From contig NZ_JAHZBQ010000003.1 in the NCBI RefSeq assembly GCF_019423325.1, positions 138,601 to 202,600 on the forward strand: 64,000 nucleotides of DNA, in the 5' to 3' direction. The stretch comes from Campylobacter sp. GTDB lineage: Bacteria; Campylobacterota; Campylobacteria; Campylobacterales; Campylobacteraceae. Shown one piece after another: positions 1 to 9,991 of the stretch; within the stretch, counting starts at the first letter, position 1; each line of letters opens with the position of its first letter. The notes beneath the pieces were generated by a model. It was not told the DNA's origin. It was given only the letters and a program-made list of their open reading frames with translations, and made no database searches. The position numbers and the translations under genes were made by a program.

Positions 1-244
1 TCTCGCAGTGCGATAGCCCTGCTTCAGTGTAGTTTAAAATCGATTCGTACGCGATGTTGCCTAACAGCTCCTGCAGCCTATTTGCGGGATTTTTGAAAAA
101 CTCGGCAAACTCCTTATACGGCGTAAAAACCTGATCCAGGTTTTTCATCGCATCGCCGTAGATACCCTTTTTCAGGCGAAACATCGTCATTTCTTGAGAA
201 CTTACAAACTTCTCTATTGCTTTTATCGTATCGTTTTTATTCAC
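1..244 (-). CDS. hypothetical protein, N-terminal part (gene runs off left edge)
   Basis: Minus-strand frame is open from a GTG at 244 (AGGG-type RBS about 10 nt upstream) to position 1. In-frame ATGs at 190 and 184. Not in the ORF track because it is truncated. Product not recognised. Confidence 0.35.
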   Translation of the reverse strand, partial: MNKNDTIKAIEKFVSSQEMTMFRLKKGIYGDAMKNLDQVFTPYKEFAEFFKNPANRLQELLGNIAYESILNYTEAGLSHCE

Positions 245-379
245 TGAATTTTTCCCTTTTAAAATATGAAACGCTCGGATTATATCGTTTGTTTTATAAA
301 AATCCGTTAAAAATCGGTTAAATTTTGCCCTAGCGTTTTAGCCAAATTTCTTTGAGCGCTTTTGATTAAATTTCCTGCC

Positions 380-733
380 TCAGCCGCCGCACTTCTCGCA
401 CAATCCTCGCACGAGCACACTTTTGACATTTTTTTGTGGCAAAGTAGGCATCGAAATCTCCTCCATTTTATGGCAGCTTTCACAGATAAAATACGCTTTG
501 GCGCCGTCGGTGAGCTCATAAAAGCTTTTATGATTATTCTCGCTGGTAATTATCAAATTTTTTTCTTCCAAAAGCGCTATATTGCGATATATCGTGGTTT
601 TATTAGCACCTGTTAGTTCTACTAGTTCATCATAGCTTACCGGGCATTTTTTCTCGCTTAGGATCTGCACGATCTGCACTCTAAGTGCTGTAGGAGCAAT
701 ATCGTGACTCGCTAAAAAATCTTTGTGATCCAT
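380..733 (-). CDS. Fur-family metalloregulator, probable Zur
   Basis: 117 aa. Winged-helix N-terminus (TALRVQIVQIL, TTIYRNIALLEE) and two CxxC pairs (CESC, CEKC) as in Fur/Zur/PerR. The Zur role is inferred only from divergent placement next to a znuA-like gene. Confidence 0.75.
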   Translation of the reverse strand: MDHKDFLASHDIAPTALRVQIVQILSEKKCPVSYDELVELTGANKTTIYRNIALLEEKNLIITSENNHKSFYELTDGAKAYFICESCHKMEEISMPTLPQKNVKSVLVRGLCEKCGG

Positions 734-790
734 TTTACGCCTTTTTTAAAATTTAAGCGATGATAGCGAAATTTAGATAAATTTATATTA

Positions 791-800
791 AGTTGCAACT
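791..800. promoter_or_regulatory. 10-bp perfect palindrome AGTTGCAACT in the regulator/znuA divergent spacer (candidate operator)
   Basis: Read directly. AGTTGC recurs immediately after it (AGTTGCAACTAAGTTGC). Operator function is inference. Confidence 0.25.
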
Positions 801-847
801 AAGTTGCTTTTGATATACTTCCGCAATTTTTTTTGGAAAGGAATTTT

Positions 848-1774
848 ATGAAAAAGCTTATTTTCACGCTTTTAGCAGCTAGTTGCGTAGTATTCGCCAA
901 ACCTACGGTCACTACGACCATACTTCCTACGAAGTATTTTGTTGAACAGATTGCAGGCGATACCCTGCAGGTAAATACGATGGTCGGCAAAGGCGCCGAT
1001 CCGCACACATACGAGCCTAAGCCTTCGGAGATGAAAATGCTAGAAAATAGTGATCTGTATTTTGCAGTCGGTATAGAATTTGATGAAGTCTGGCTACCAA
1101 AGCTTGCTGCATCGTATCCGAAGATGAAGATAATCCGCACCGAAGATGGCATTACCAAAATGGCTATGGCAGAGCATCACCATCACGACGAACATGATCA
1201 TAGCTCACATCACGATGATCACGATCATGACGCGCATCATGAGCATGGTGACAAAGACCACGAGGCGCACGAGCACCATCACCATCACGGCGGTTTAGAC
1301 CCACATATCTGGCTCGATCCGCAGCTTGTAAAAATTCAAGCTAAAAATATTAAAGACGCGTTAACCAAACAGTATCCTAAGGATGCTAAAATTTATGAAA
1401 TAAATTTCGATAAATTTGCTAAAAAGCTTGACGAGCTAGACGCTTACGCAAAGCAGAAATTAGCGGGCGTCAAGGGAAAGAAATTTATGGTTTATCATCC
1501 GTCTTGGGGCTATTTCGCGCATCGATACGATTTAGAGCAGATCGCAGTCGAAGTGGAGGGCAAAGAGCCTAAGCCTGCGGATTTAGCCGAGCTAATCGAG
1601 GAAGCCAAAGAGGAAAAGATCAAGGTGATTTTCGTCGCACCGCAGTTTTCCAAAAAGGCAGCGCAAACCATCGCCGCACAAACGGGCGCAAAGGTGATGG
1701 AGATCGATCAGCTGCCGCTAGATTGGTACGAGACAATGAAAAAGACGATCGACGTTTTCGGAGAAAATTTGTAG
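848..1774 (+). CDS. znuA: periplasmic zinc-binding protein ZnuA (ABC substrate-binding, cluster A-I)
   Basis: Signal peptide MKKLIFTLLAASCVVFA. Contains the conserved DPHTYEP and DPHIWLD motifs and a long His/Asp/Glu-rich loop (HHHHDEHDHSSHHDDHDHDAHHEH...HHHHHGG) typical of ZnuA. I prefer the ATG at 848 (AGGA upstream) over the TTG at 833 given in the track. Confidence 0.85.
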   Translation: MKKLIFTLLAASCVVFAKPTVTTTILPTKYFVEQIAGDTLQVNTMVGKGADPHTYEPKPSEMKMLENSDLYFAVGIEFDEVWLPKLAASYPKMKIIRTEDGITKMAMAEHHHHDEHDHSSHHDDHDHDAHHEHGDKDHEAHEHHHHHGGLDPHIWLDPQLVKIQAKNIKDALTKQYPKDAKIYEINFDKFAKKLDELDAYAKQKLAGVKGKKFMVYHPSWGYFAHRYDLEQIAVEVEGKEPKPADLAELIEEAKEEKIKVIFVAPQFSKKAAQTIAAQTGAKVMEIDQLPLDWYETMKKTIDVFGENL

Positions 1775-3940
1775 TTGATGAAATTTATTAAAATTTTAAT
1801 TTTATCCGCGATCTTTAGCTCGCGGATATTTGCGTGCGCTCTGTGCGCCCTATACACGCCCACTGCGCACGTTAGCATCACTCCCGTCGCACAAGACGGC
1901 AAGATCGTGAGTCTGCATTTTTCGTGGCTTTTCTCTCAAAATTTTACCGACGTCATAATGCAGACCTACGATATAAATTCCAATGCCAAGCTTGAAAATA
2001 GCGAGCTTGCCGAGATAACTAAGGCGATGACCGATTATCTAACCCCCAAAAACTATCTTTGCGAAGCGGAATTCTACGATCAAGCGCCAAAAAACGCAAA
2101 GCTCGCGCTTAGCAACCTAGTAGGCACGCAGATCAAGGGAAATTTTAAAAACGCAATAAGCCTCGTCAAAAAGGGCAGACTCGTGTTCGAGTTCGATCAA
2201 AAGGTCGGCTTCGAGCTGCGCAATAACCGCGTTCTTAAAATTTCCATTAACGACGATCAGGGATTTTTCAATTTCAAAATGCTTGACGATAAGCCCATTA
2301 ATCTGGGCGAGGGCTTTGTAGCGAAGCCTAATTCAAATTTAGCCACCACTTTTATAGAATTTAGCGGCGAAAAGCCAAAAATCGCAGATAAAAAACCGCC
2401 AATTTCAAGCGCGCCGAACTCCGATTTAGCGCGGGATGGTCTTGTATCTAGCGAGCAGAGTCTTGTGGACTCAGAGGATAAACTTGCGCAAGGCGAGCAA
2501 ACAAAACCTAATGCCAGCTCGGCGCGCAGATCAAACCAAAGATCCGTCGGCGACATCGTTTCGGAGGCTGCAGCAGAGGCTCAAAAAAACATCGCCGCTT
2601 CGGATACTCTCGCGCAGATTAATAAAACCGCCAAAAAGGACGCGCAGGCAAAAGGTGGCCCCGCAAATTCTGCAGCGTCTGTAGATAAAGACGCGGGTGA
2701 AAATTTGACGGCGATCCGAGACAACTCTTTAAATTCCACGCATTCTACGCAAAATCTAGCGACGCCGCCCATGGAGAGTTCTTTAAATTTAGCGCAAAAT
2801 AGCGCGAGCAAAAACGGCGCCGCATCCGACAGCGACAATATTTCAAGCGAGCCACAAAAAGAGGCTACGCTGGGATTTGTCGCGCAAAAGACGATGGATT
2901 TTATGAAAAGCCTCAAAACGGCGTTTCGCGCAAGCAGCGAGCATGCAAGCGCAAGCACGATCCTATGGGTCTTGGCGCTTTCTTTTATATACGGCTTTTT
3001 CCACGCGGCAGGCCCAGGGCACGCGAAGCTGCTAACGGCGAGCTATTTCCTAGCCCATGGCGGCAGCTACGTCAAAGCCTTCGGATTTGCCCTTAAAATC
3101 GGGCTTCTACACGTCCTGGGAGCGCTCGTTTTAGTAAGCGCGAGCATGTTCGTGCTGCAAAACGTCGCAGGGCTCGTCTCTGCAAACTCCGCCTCGATCA
3201 CCACGAAAATTTCGGCGCTTCTGATCATCGTCATAACGGCGCTCATCATCTACGACAAAGCTCGCCGCATAAGATCGGGCGCCCACCACGATGCGGGCTG
3301 CTCCTGCGCCGCTTGCGCTTCCGTTGCAAACACCGCAGAGACGGACGCGCACTTAAAAAATACGGCGTTTGCAAACGCTAGGGATTCCGCTCACGCAGCG
3401 TCAAAGAGTTATAAATTTTCTAAATTTAATATCCAAAGCGGCGAATCCGCGCAGTATTTGGATGCCAAAAATTTAGGCGCCGCAACGGCAGAGCTAAATT
3501 CGGATTCAAATTTAGCCGCAAATTTAGAGGAAAACTCGTCTAGCCAAAACGAGCAAAAACAGGCTTTAAATTCTGCAAATTTAAAAAACCAAACCTCATC
3601 TCGCTCGCTGCGAAATGGCGCGACTGGCGGCGGCGAGAAAGGGCGAGAGTGGCTTATCGCGCTTGCGGCGGCGCTCGTGCCCTGCCCTGGCACGATCCTT
3701 ATTTTCGTGCTTGCCTTCAGCCTCGGAAGCTTCGCGCTTAGCGTCGCAAGTGCACTTTTCATCGGTTTTGGAATGAGCGTCGTGATATTTCTAGCCGCGC
3801 TTTTCGGCGCGAAGGCAAACGAGCTAAGCTCAAAGCGGCTCGTAAGCCTGAAGCTTTACGTCGAATTTTTGGGGCTTTTCGTGATGTTTGGGCTCGGGAT
3901 TTTTATGTATTTCCTCTCAGACAACCTCAGGGTGCTGTGA
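1775..3940 (+). CDS. fusion protein: N-terminal DUF1007-like periplasmic domain + C-terminal NicO-type nickel/cobalt transporter-like membrane domain
   Basis: 721 aa. Signal/anchor N-terminus, then a DUF1007-like domain of about 200 aa. A Ser/Ala/Asn-rich linker follows (residues 201-365). The membrane domain carries HAAGPGHAK and LVPCPG motifs typical of the NicO/RcnA superfamily, with a long Cys/His-containing low-complexity loop (residues 500-625). Begins 1 nt after the znuA stop. Confidence 0.6.
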   Translation: MMKFIKILILSAIFSSRIFACALCALYTPTAHVSITPVAQDGKIVSLHFSWLFSQNFTDVIMQTYDINSNAKLENSELAEITKAMTDYLTPKNYLCEAEFYDQAPKNAKLALSNLVGTQIKGNFKNAISLVKKGRLVFEFDQKVGFELRNNRVLKISINDDQGFFNFKMLDDKPINLGEGFVAKPNSNLATTFIEFSGEKPKIADKKPPISSAPNSDLARDGLVSSEQSLVDSEDKLAQGEQTKPNASSARRSNQRSVGDIVSEAAAEAQKNIAASDTLAQINKTAKKDAQAKGGPANSAASVDKDAGENLTAIRDNSLNSTHSTQNLATPPMESSLNLAQNSASKNGAASDSDNISSEPQKEATLGFVAQKTMDFMKSLKTAFRASSEHASASTILWVLALSFIYGFFHAAGPGHAKLLTASYFLAHGGSYVKAFGFALKIGLLHVLGALVLVSASMFVLQNVAGLVSANSASITTKISALLIIVITALIIYDKARRIRSGAHHDAGCSCAACASVANTAETDAHLKNTAFANARDSAHAASKSYKFSKFNIQSGESAQYLDAKNLGAATAELNSDSNLAANLEENSSSQNEQKQALNSANLKNQTSSRSLRNGATGGGEKGREWLIALAAALVPCPGTILIFVLAFSLGSFALSVASALFIGFGMSVVIFLAALFGAKANELSSKRLVSLKLYVEFLGLFVMFGLGIFMYFLSDNLRVL

Positions 3941-4179
3941 TCGCAAAATTTAAACGCAAATTTCAAAGGCGGCTCGCGTGAAATATAAGTTTACGCAATG
4001 CGTTAAATTTTAAATCCGGTGCGAATTGTTTTCAGAATAGTAAGATTTTAAAATTTACGCCGCACGGACTGCATAAATTAAGCTCCGATCTCGACTATTA
4101 ATTATGCGGCGGAATTCGCTCTTTATAAATCACGTTAAATTTTGCTACAATACGGGCGAAATTTTTATCAAGGATAGAT

Positions 4180-5148
4180 ATGTCGCCTTCTTTGCAAGAT
4201 GCTATTTCGCAAACTTCAATCGAGCAAAAAGCGTGCGCTAAAATTTTTAATAGATACCGCTACCTCAGTATAGTCGTCTTTTTTGCGGTCCTGTTCGTAT
4301 TAGTGTATCTAGACGGCGTTGAAACAGACACTCCCTCTATAGAAATTGCCGAATTTTTGGGCGTCTTGATCCTTTTTCCGATCTTTTGGATATTTTTTCT
4401 GCATTGCGCCGGTCAAAAAACCGAAGCGGAAATTCGCTACTATAAATTTTACAAAGAGATATTCGTCCGCGCCGTCATAGACGATATGAACGCCGATTTA
4501 AAATACTATCCCTATACCGGCATGCAAGAAGAGGAATTTCAAAAATTTAGAATTGATAGGAAGTCCGGGATCAAAAGCGAGGATCGGATTACGGGCGCGC
4601 ACTGCGGGATTAAATTTAGCCTCAGCGAGGTACATAGCAATAGCAGGTTTTACATGAAAACGGATAATCCGCTCATAGCGGCGATTATGTTGATCAAAAT
4701 ATTCTACGATAATTATATGGACTTTGACGGCAACGTACTGATCTGCGAGCTCGCGAAAAAAACCTCGGGCAAAACGATAGTGGTAAGCAGGGAGCTAAAC
4801 GCCAAGATCTTCGGCGAAAAAGAGATGATGGACGATTTGGATTTTATGCGCGATTTTCGCGTGTTTGCGGATGACAAAGTAGAAGCGCGCTATTTGCTAA
4901 CGCCCGCGTTTATGGAGCGTCTGCGCGAAATAAATCGCGAAACGAACGGCGAGTTTAGCTTGAGCGCGGTATTTATGGATAAGCGTTTATATCTATTTTT
5001 AAACGGTGCGCCCGATCTTTTTGAAACTACTCTTTTTGATAGGCCTGCTAGCATAGAGCTCGCGCGCGAATACCAAACGCAGATCCGCAAAATTTTAAGC
5101 CTAATCGAGACACTGGGGCCACAAATTAGCAGGACGCATTACGGCTGA
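4180..5148 (+). CDS. membrane protein, DUF3137-like
   Basis: 322 aa with two N-terminal TM helices. The C-terminal FRVFADDKVEARYLLTPAFMERL pattern resembles the DUF3137 consensus as I remember it. Confidence 0.4.
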   Translation: MSPSLQDAISQTSIEQKACAKIFNRYRYLSIVVFFAVLFVLVYLDGVETDTPSIEIAEFLGVLILFPIFWIFFLHCAGQKTEAEIRYYKFYKEIFVRAVIDDMNADLKYYPYTGMQEEEFQKFRIDRKSGIKSEDRITGAHCGIKFSLSEVHSNSRFYMKTDNPLIAAIMLIKIFYDNYMDFDGNVLICELAKKTSGKTIVVSRELNAKIFGEKEMMDDLDFMRDFRVFADDKVEARYLLTPAFMERLREINRETNGEFSLSAVFMDKRLYLFLNGAPDLFETTLFDRPASIELAREYQTQIRKILSLIETLGPQISRTHYG

Positions 5149-5216
5149 AATTTTGTATCGACTAAATTTAGTCCGGGTGGAATTTTTCGGCGAAGCATAA
5201 TTTCGGCAAAAACGTA

Positions 5217-5292
5217 AAATTTAATCAGCGGCGCAATCTCTCGGTAGTTGCCCTAAATTTAATCAGCAATAAAATCGCTCGGCGGTTGCCCG
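5217..5292. repeat. two tandem imperfect ~38-bp units (AAATTTAATCAGC...CTCGG..GTTGCCC)
   Basis: Read directly. A third degenerate AAATTTAATCGGCG copy lies near 5442. Sits in a 590-bp non-coding spacer. Confidence 0.5.
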
Positions 5293-5740
5293 AAATTTAA
5301 ACGGGCGATACGATTAGAGAGATGAAGCACCCGCTAATAAATTTAAAGCAAAAGCACCCTCCGTGTCTAAAAATTTATAAAATTTGACCGCGTTTCGCAT
5401 CGCAGCCTCTAGCTTTTAGTGCCAAACCTGCATAGCGGCAAAATTTAATCGGCGACGCTTGTAATGATGAAATTTAAAGCAGATCTACAAGGACGAAATT
5501 TAAATTTAAAAGCAAGCTCAGGGCGAGAGTTAAATTTAAAGCGCTCGCGGCGTTTGCAAAAGTCGCACGCCACAACGTACCGCAAGCGCAGGTCTGCGCA
5601 TACTCAAGTTCCGCCAAAATCCTCGCCGCGCGTTCCCGCATCGCCTCATCAAACGCCGTCATAGCTGAAATTGTAAATTTAAATTATAAAGAATTAAAAC
5701 GAGGCGAAATTTAAAATTCCGCCTCCTAAGCGGAAAAGGA

Positions 5741-7318
5741 TTAAAGCGCCGCGTAGCGCACCATTAGGCAGGTTTGAAGCGCCGCCAGTTTATCGAGCGT
5801 GCTTTTTTGCACTTCGGAATCGACCAAAATGACCGCCAAAGCGTCCCCCTCCTTGCCTCTGCCTAGGCGGAAGTCCGCGATATTGATGTTTTCGTCGGCT
5901 AGGATAGTGCTTACGGACTTGATAACGCCCGGCACGTCGGTGTTTTTGAAGATTATCATCTTGCCCTTCGGCTTAAAATCGGTCTTAAATCCGCCGATAT
6001 TTACGATACGCTCCTCGCTGCCGTCAAAGACCGTACCTGCGACGTTTGAGATCGCCTCGTCGGTCATGATTTTTACCGCGATCTCGCTTTTATAGACGCT
6101 GTTTGCAAGCTCGCCGAAGCTCGTCTCGATCCCCTTTTCATCCGCAAGAAATTTAGCATTGACGTAATTTAGCGAATCGCCCAAAGAATCGTGCAGCGCG
6201 CCTACGATGGCAAAAACGAGCATCGATTTTAGATACTGCACCACCTCGCCGCTGCCCTCGATCGTGATCGATTTGATCGGGCCTTTATTGATCTGCGCCG
6301 CAAGATAGGCCATTTTCGAGACCAAATTTATATACGGCTCGATACCGCGCGGCAGATCCTCAAGCTTAAGCGGCAAATTTAAGGCGTTTGGATAGTTCAA
6401 GCCGCGTGCGGCGCTGATCGCCTGCTCCGCGGCTTCCCTGGCGATATTGCTTTGCGATTCGAGCGTATTTGCGCCAAGATGCGGAGTCGCGCTTAAATTT
6501 TCGATATCCAAAAGCTCATGATCGGTCGCAGGCTCTTTGTCGAACACGTCGATGCCGAGATACGCGATCTTGCCGCTGCGTAGATTGTTTGCGAGCGCTT
6601 TTTCATTATACAGCCCGCCTCTGGCGCAGTTTATTAGGCGCACGCCGTCTTTCATCTTCGCTATTTGCGGCTCGCCTACCATATTTATCGTCTCTTGATT
6701 TTTCGGCGTATGGATCGTGATGAAATCGCAAGATAAAATTTCGTCGAAATTTTTCGTATATTTTACTCCGAGCTTCGTGGCCTTTTCGGGCTCAATATAT
6801 GGGTCGTAGGCAATGACGTTCATTCCAAACGCAAGCGCGCGCACCCCCACGCGCGAACCGATATTTCCAAAGCCGATGATGCCGAGGCTCTTTTTATAAA
6901 GCTCGGTGCCGTACCATTTCTCGCGCTTCCAAATTCTATTAATTTTCAGATCGTTGCAGGAATTTACATATTTGCGCGCCGCATTTAGTAGGTGGCACAT
7001 GGTCATTTCGACCGCGGCGATGGTGTTTGCCGTAGGTACGTTCATCAAAATAATGCCGCGCTTGGAGCAGCCGTCGATATCGCAGTTATCCACACCCACG
7101 CCCGCGCGCACGATCGCTTTTAGCTTGGTGCCGGCATTTAGAAATTTCTCATCCACCGCCGTAGAGCTTCTGGTAATCGCAACGTCCGCATCGCCTAAAA
7201 TTCCATATAGCTCGCTCTTGGGCACGCTCGTGGCGTCGATTACTTTAACGTCCGATTCCTGCTTAAGCATATCAAAACCGATTTTGTGGATTGCGTCGCA
7301 GACTATGATAGTTTTCAT
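5741..7318 (-). CDS. serA: D-3-phosphoglycerate dehydrogenase
   Basis: 525 aa. D-2-hydroxyacid dehydrogenase core with GFGNIGSRVG (GxGxxG) and a C-terminal ACT-type domain. Long-form SerA length. Confidence 0.9.
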   Translation of the reverse strand: MKTIIVCDAIHKIGFDMLKQESDVKVIDATSVPKSELYGILGDADVAITRSSTAVDEKFLNAGTKLKAIVRAGVGVDNCDIDGCSKRGIILMNVPTANTIAAVEMTMCHLLNAARKYVNSCNDLKINRIWKREKWYGTELYKKSLGIIGFGNIGSRVGVRALAFGMNVIAYDPYIEPEKATKLGVKYTKNFDEILSCDFITIHTPKNQETINMVGEPQIAKMKDGVRLINCARGGLYNEKALANNLRSGKIAYLGIDVFDKEPATDHELLDIENLSATPHLGANTLESQSNIAREAAEQAISAARGLNYPNALNLPLKLEDLPRGIEPYINLVSKMAYLAAQINKGPIKSITIEGSGEVVQYLKSMLVFAIVGALHDSLGDSLNYVNAKFLADEKGIETSFGELANSVYKSEIAVKIMTDEAISNVAGTVFDGSEERIVNIGGFKTDFKPKGKMIIFKNTDVPGVIKSVSTILADENINIADFRLGRGKEGDALAVILVDSEVQKSTLDKLAALQTCLMVRYAAL

Positions 7319-7374
7319 TAAATTTAACCTTTAGAAGTGGATCCGCAAGGCGAGGATGCCTTGCGGAAAGAGTT

Positions 7375-9042
7375 TTATTTATTTAGTTGATCTTTGATCA
7401 GATCCCCTAGGCTTTGCTTCTCATCGTCGTTGCTATTGATCTCATTTAGCGCCTCGCGCTCCTTCTGATGAGCCAGCCTGCGCACGCTTAGGCGGATTCT
7501 ATTTTTCTTCTCATCGATGAAAGCGATCGCAGCCTCGATTTCGTCGCCCACCTTTAGGCTATCTACGCTTACGTTGCCAAGATCTTCCTTGCGGATAAGC
7601 GCGTCGATACCGCCTCCCAGCTCGACAAAAATTCCGAACTCTTTAATATCGCGGATCTTGCCTTTTACGACATCGCCTTGATTGTGGCTCTTGGCAAACT
7701 CGCTAATCGGGCTATCGCCGAGCTCCTTGTGGTTTAGAGAAATTTTTTGAGTATCTTTGTCGATCTTGATGATCTTAACCTCGATCTCGTCGCCTACTTT
7801 GAATAAATTTTTGCACTTCTCGCCGCGATCCCACGAAGCATCTTCGTTATGCAAAAGTCCCTCTACGCCGTCGATCCTTACAAACGCGCCGAAATTTGTA
7901 ATCGTAGTGACGCTACCTTTTAGCACGTCGCCCACTTTATGCTTGGCAACGAACTCGTCAAACGGCTTGGTAAGTAAATTTTTAAGACTTACGCGTAATC
8001 TACGCTCGCTAGGGTTAATCTCTACGACCTCAACGTCAAGCTCCTCGCCCTCGCTGATGAAATCTTTCGGATTTTTGATATTTTTATCCCACGAAATTTC
8101 ACTGATATGCAAAAAGCCCTCGATATCGTTGCCAAGATCGACAAACGCGCCGTAAGGCTCGATATTACTTACTTTTACGCGGATAGTATCGCCTACTTCC
8201 AGGCTATCTTTGATCTCGTTCCAAGGATCTGGCATCGCCTCTTTAATCGAAAGGGAGAGATGCTTTTTATCGTTGTCGTATTTGATAACTTTAACCGGAA
8301 CCTTATCGCCCTCTTTGTAGATCGAGCTTGGATTTACCGGGCCTTTGTATGAAATTTCGCTGTAGTGCACGAGCCCGTCCACACCGCCTACGTCTACGAA
8401 CATACCGTAGGTTGTGATTTTTTTAACGACGCCTTCGATGATGCCCTCAGTAGCGATTACTTTCTCGATCGCCTCTTTGCTTGCTTTGCGATCCTCATCA
8501 AGTAGCTTCTTGCGCGATACTACGATGCTTTGTTCGTCTCTATCAACTTTAATGATCTTTACCTTGAAATTTTTACCGACAGCGCCATTTGGGTTTTTAA
8601 GCGCGCTTTGCGAGCGAGGCATAAAAAATTCCACATCATCTGCGTTAGCACAAACGAAACCGCCCTTATTAAACGATAGAATTTTAACGTCATAAACATT
8701 TTCTGCGTTTTCATCATAGGAGTCGATGAATGCCTTTACTTTTTCCTTCTTTAGAGCCTTTTTATACGATACGACCGGGCGACCGCCTCTGCTTCCGATA
8801 ATAGCGACTTTGATGTCATCTCCTACATTAACCTGCGGGTTTCCTTGCTCATCGCTAACCTCGGCGGCATCTAAAATACCCTCCGACTTCCTGCCTACGT
8901 CTATGAAAACCTCACCGTCCTTAAGGGCGATAACCTTACCTGTGACGACCTCGTCGCGAGACTTGCCGGCGTCATACTCCTCTAACAATGTCGCAAAATC
9001 TTCCTCTGCGTGGTTTTGAACCTTCTCGTTCACCTCAGCCAT
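7375..9042 (-). CDS. rpsA: 30S ribosomal protein S1
   Basis: 555 aa made of six tandem S1/OB repeats (recurring G.V..I...GAFV.. pattern). Confidence 0.92.
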   Translation of the reverse strand: MAEVNEKVQNHAEEDFATLLEEYDAGKSRDEVVTGKVIALKDGEVFIDVGRKSEGILDAAEVSDEQGNPQVNVGDDIKVAIIGSRGGRPVVSYKKALKKEKVKAFIDSYDENAENVYDVKILSFNKGGFVCANADDVEFFMPRSQSALKNPNGAVGKNFKVKIIKVDRDEQSIVVSRKKLLDEDRKASKEAIEKVIATEGIIEGVVKKITTYGMFVDVGGVDGLVHYSEISYKGPVNPSSIYKEGDKVPVKVIKYDNDKKHLSLSIKEAMPDPWNEIKDSLEVGDTIRVKVSNIEPYGAFVDLGNDIEGFLHISEISWDKNIKNPKDFISEGEELDVEVVEINPSERRLRVSLKNLLTKPFDEFVAKHKVGDVLKGSVTTITNFGAFVRIDGVEGLLHNEDASWDRGEKCKNLFKVGDEIEVKIIKIDKDTQKISLNHKELGDSPISEFAKSHNQGDVVKGKIRDIKEFGIFVELGGGIDALIRKEDLGNVSVDSLKVGDEIEAAIAFIDEKKNRIRLSVRRLAHQKEREALNEINSNDDEKQSLGDLIKDQLNK

Positions 9043-9154
9043 ATGCTTCCTTTAAATTTATTTGTGCTTTTTTGAAAAGAACTAAAATGTGCGATTTTAG
9101 CTAAAATTTGCTTTCGATTTGATAAATTTCTAAGAGTAAATTTGATAAGAGAGT

Positions 9155-9991
9155 TTATAAATTCTGCGTTAAATCTTCTATTCTCGCTACCACTTTTTTG
9201 ATGATCCAATCAGGCGTGCTGGCTCCTGCGGAGATGCCGCAGAGGCTTTTGTTTTCAAACCACGAGCGCTCAAGTTCGCTTTCGTTTTCTATAAGGTAGC
9301 TGTCTTTGCAAAAATTTTGCGAGATTAAAAAAAGCTGCTTGGTGTTGGAGGAATTTTTCCCGCCTACGATTATCATCACATCGGCCTTTTGCGACAGGCT
9401 TTTTACAGCCTCTTGATTTTCCAGCGTCGCATTGCAAATCGTATTAAAAATTCTTAGCTCCCTTGCGCGCTGCATCAAAAAATCCGCGATTTTGGTAAAG
9501 CTTTCTATCTTTTTCGTAGTCTGTGAAACGAGCGCGACGCGCGAGCCAAGCTTGACGTCTTGCAGTTCCTTCGTATCCATGATCACGAATACGCGCGATT
9601 TTGCGTAGGATTTCACACCCTTTACCTCGGGATGATTTTTATCGCCGAAGATCACGATGTCATAGCCCTCCGCGCTCATCTTTTCTACGATCTGCTGCGG
9701 CTTAGTAACGAAGGGGCAGGTAGCATCGATGAGCTCTTTATTTTGCGCCTTTAATCTTTGCAGATCGTCCTTTTGGATGCCGTGGGTGCGGATGATGAGC
9801 TTTTGCTCGTCCTTGATCTCGTTAACGCCCTCTAAGGTTTTGACGCCGAAATTTTGTTTTAAACGGTTAATCTCTTCGGCGTTATGTATCAGTTCGCCGA
9901 TCGTAGCGGCCTCGCCGGCGCTTTCTGCGATCTTGATCGCGCGCTTGACGCCGAAGCAAAAGCCGTAGCTTTTGGCCATCTCAATCTTCAA
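9155..9991 (-). CDS. ispH: 4-hydroxy-3-methylbut-2-enyl diphosphate reductase
   Basis: 278 aa. GFCFGVKRAI N-terminus, ATCPFVTK and the third Cys region (TICNAT) of LytB/IspH. Confidence 0.92.
   Translation of the reverse strand: MKIEMAKSYGFCFGVKRAIKIAESAGEAATIGELIHNAEEINRLKQNFGVKTLEGVNEIKDEQKLIIRTHGIQKDDLQRLKAQNKELIDATCPFVTKPQQIVEKMSAEGYDIVIFGDKNHPEVKGVKSYAKSRVFVIMDTKELQDVKLGSRVALVSQTTKKIESFTKIADFLMQRARELRIFNTICNATLENQEAVKSLSQKADVMIIVGGKNSSNTKQLFLISQNFCKDSYLIENESELERSWFENKSLCGISAGASTPDWIIKKVVARIEDLTQNL

Noticed and set aside
1147-1300. His/Asp-rich stretch in ZnuA considered as another anomalous low-complexity insert
   Set aside because: A flexible His-rich loop at exactly this position is a known feature of ZnuA-type zinc-binding proteins, so it is expected rather than anomalous.
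5464-5664. Mutually antisense 66-aa and 62-aa ORFs in the 5149-5740 spacer
   Set aside because: Both strands are open over the same repeat-rich segment. The predicted products are basic low-complexity strings (KASSGRELNLKRSRRLQKS...) with no RBS, which is typical of spurious ORFs in AAATTT-type repeats.
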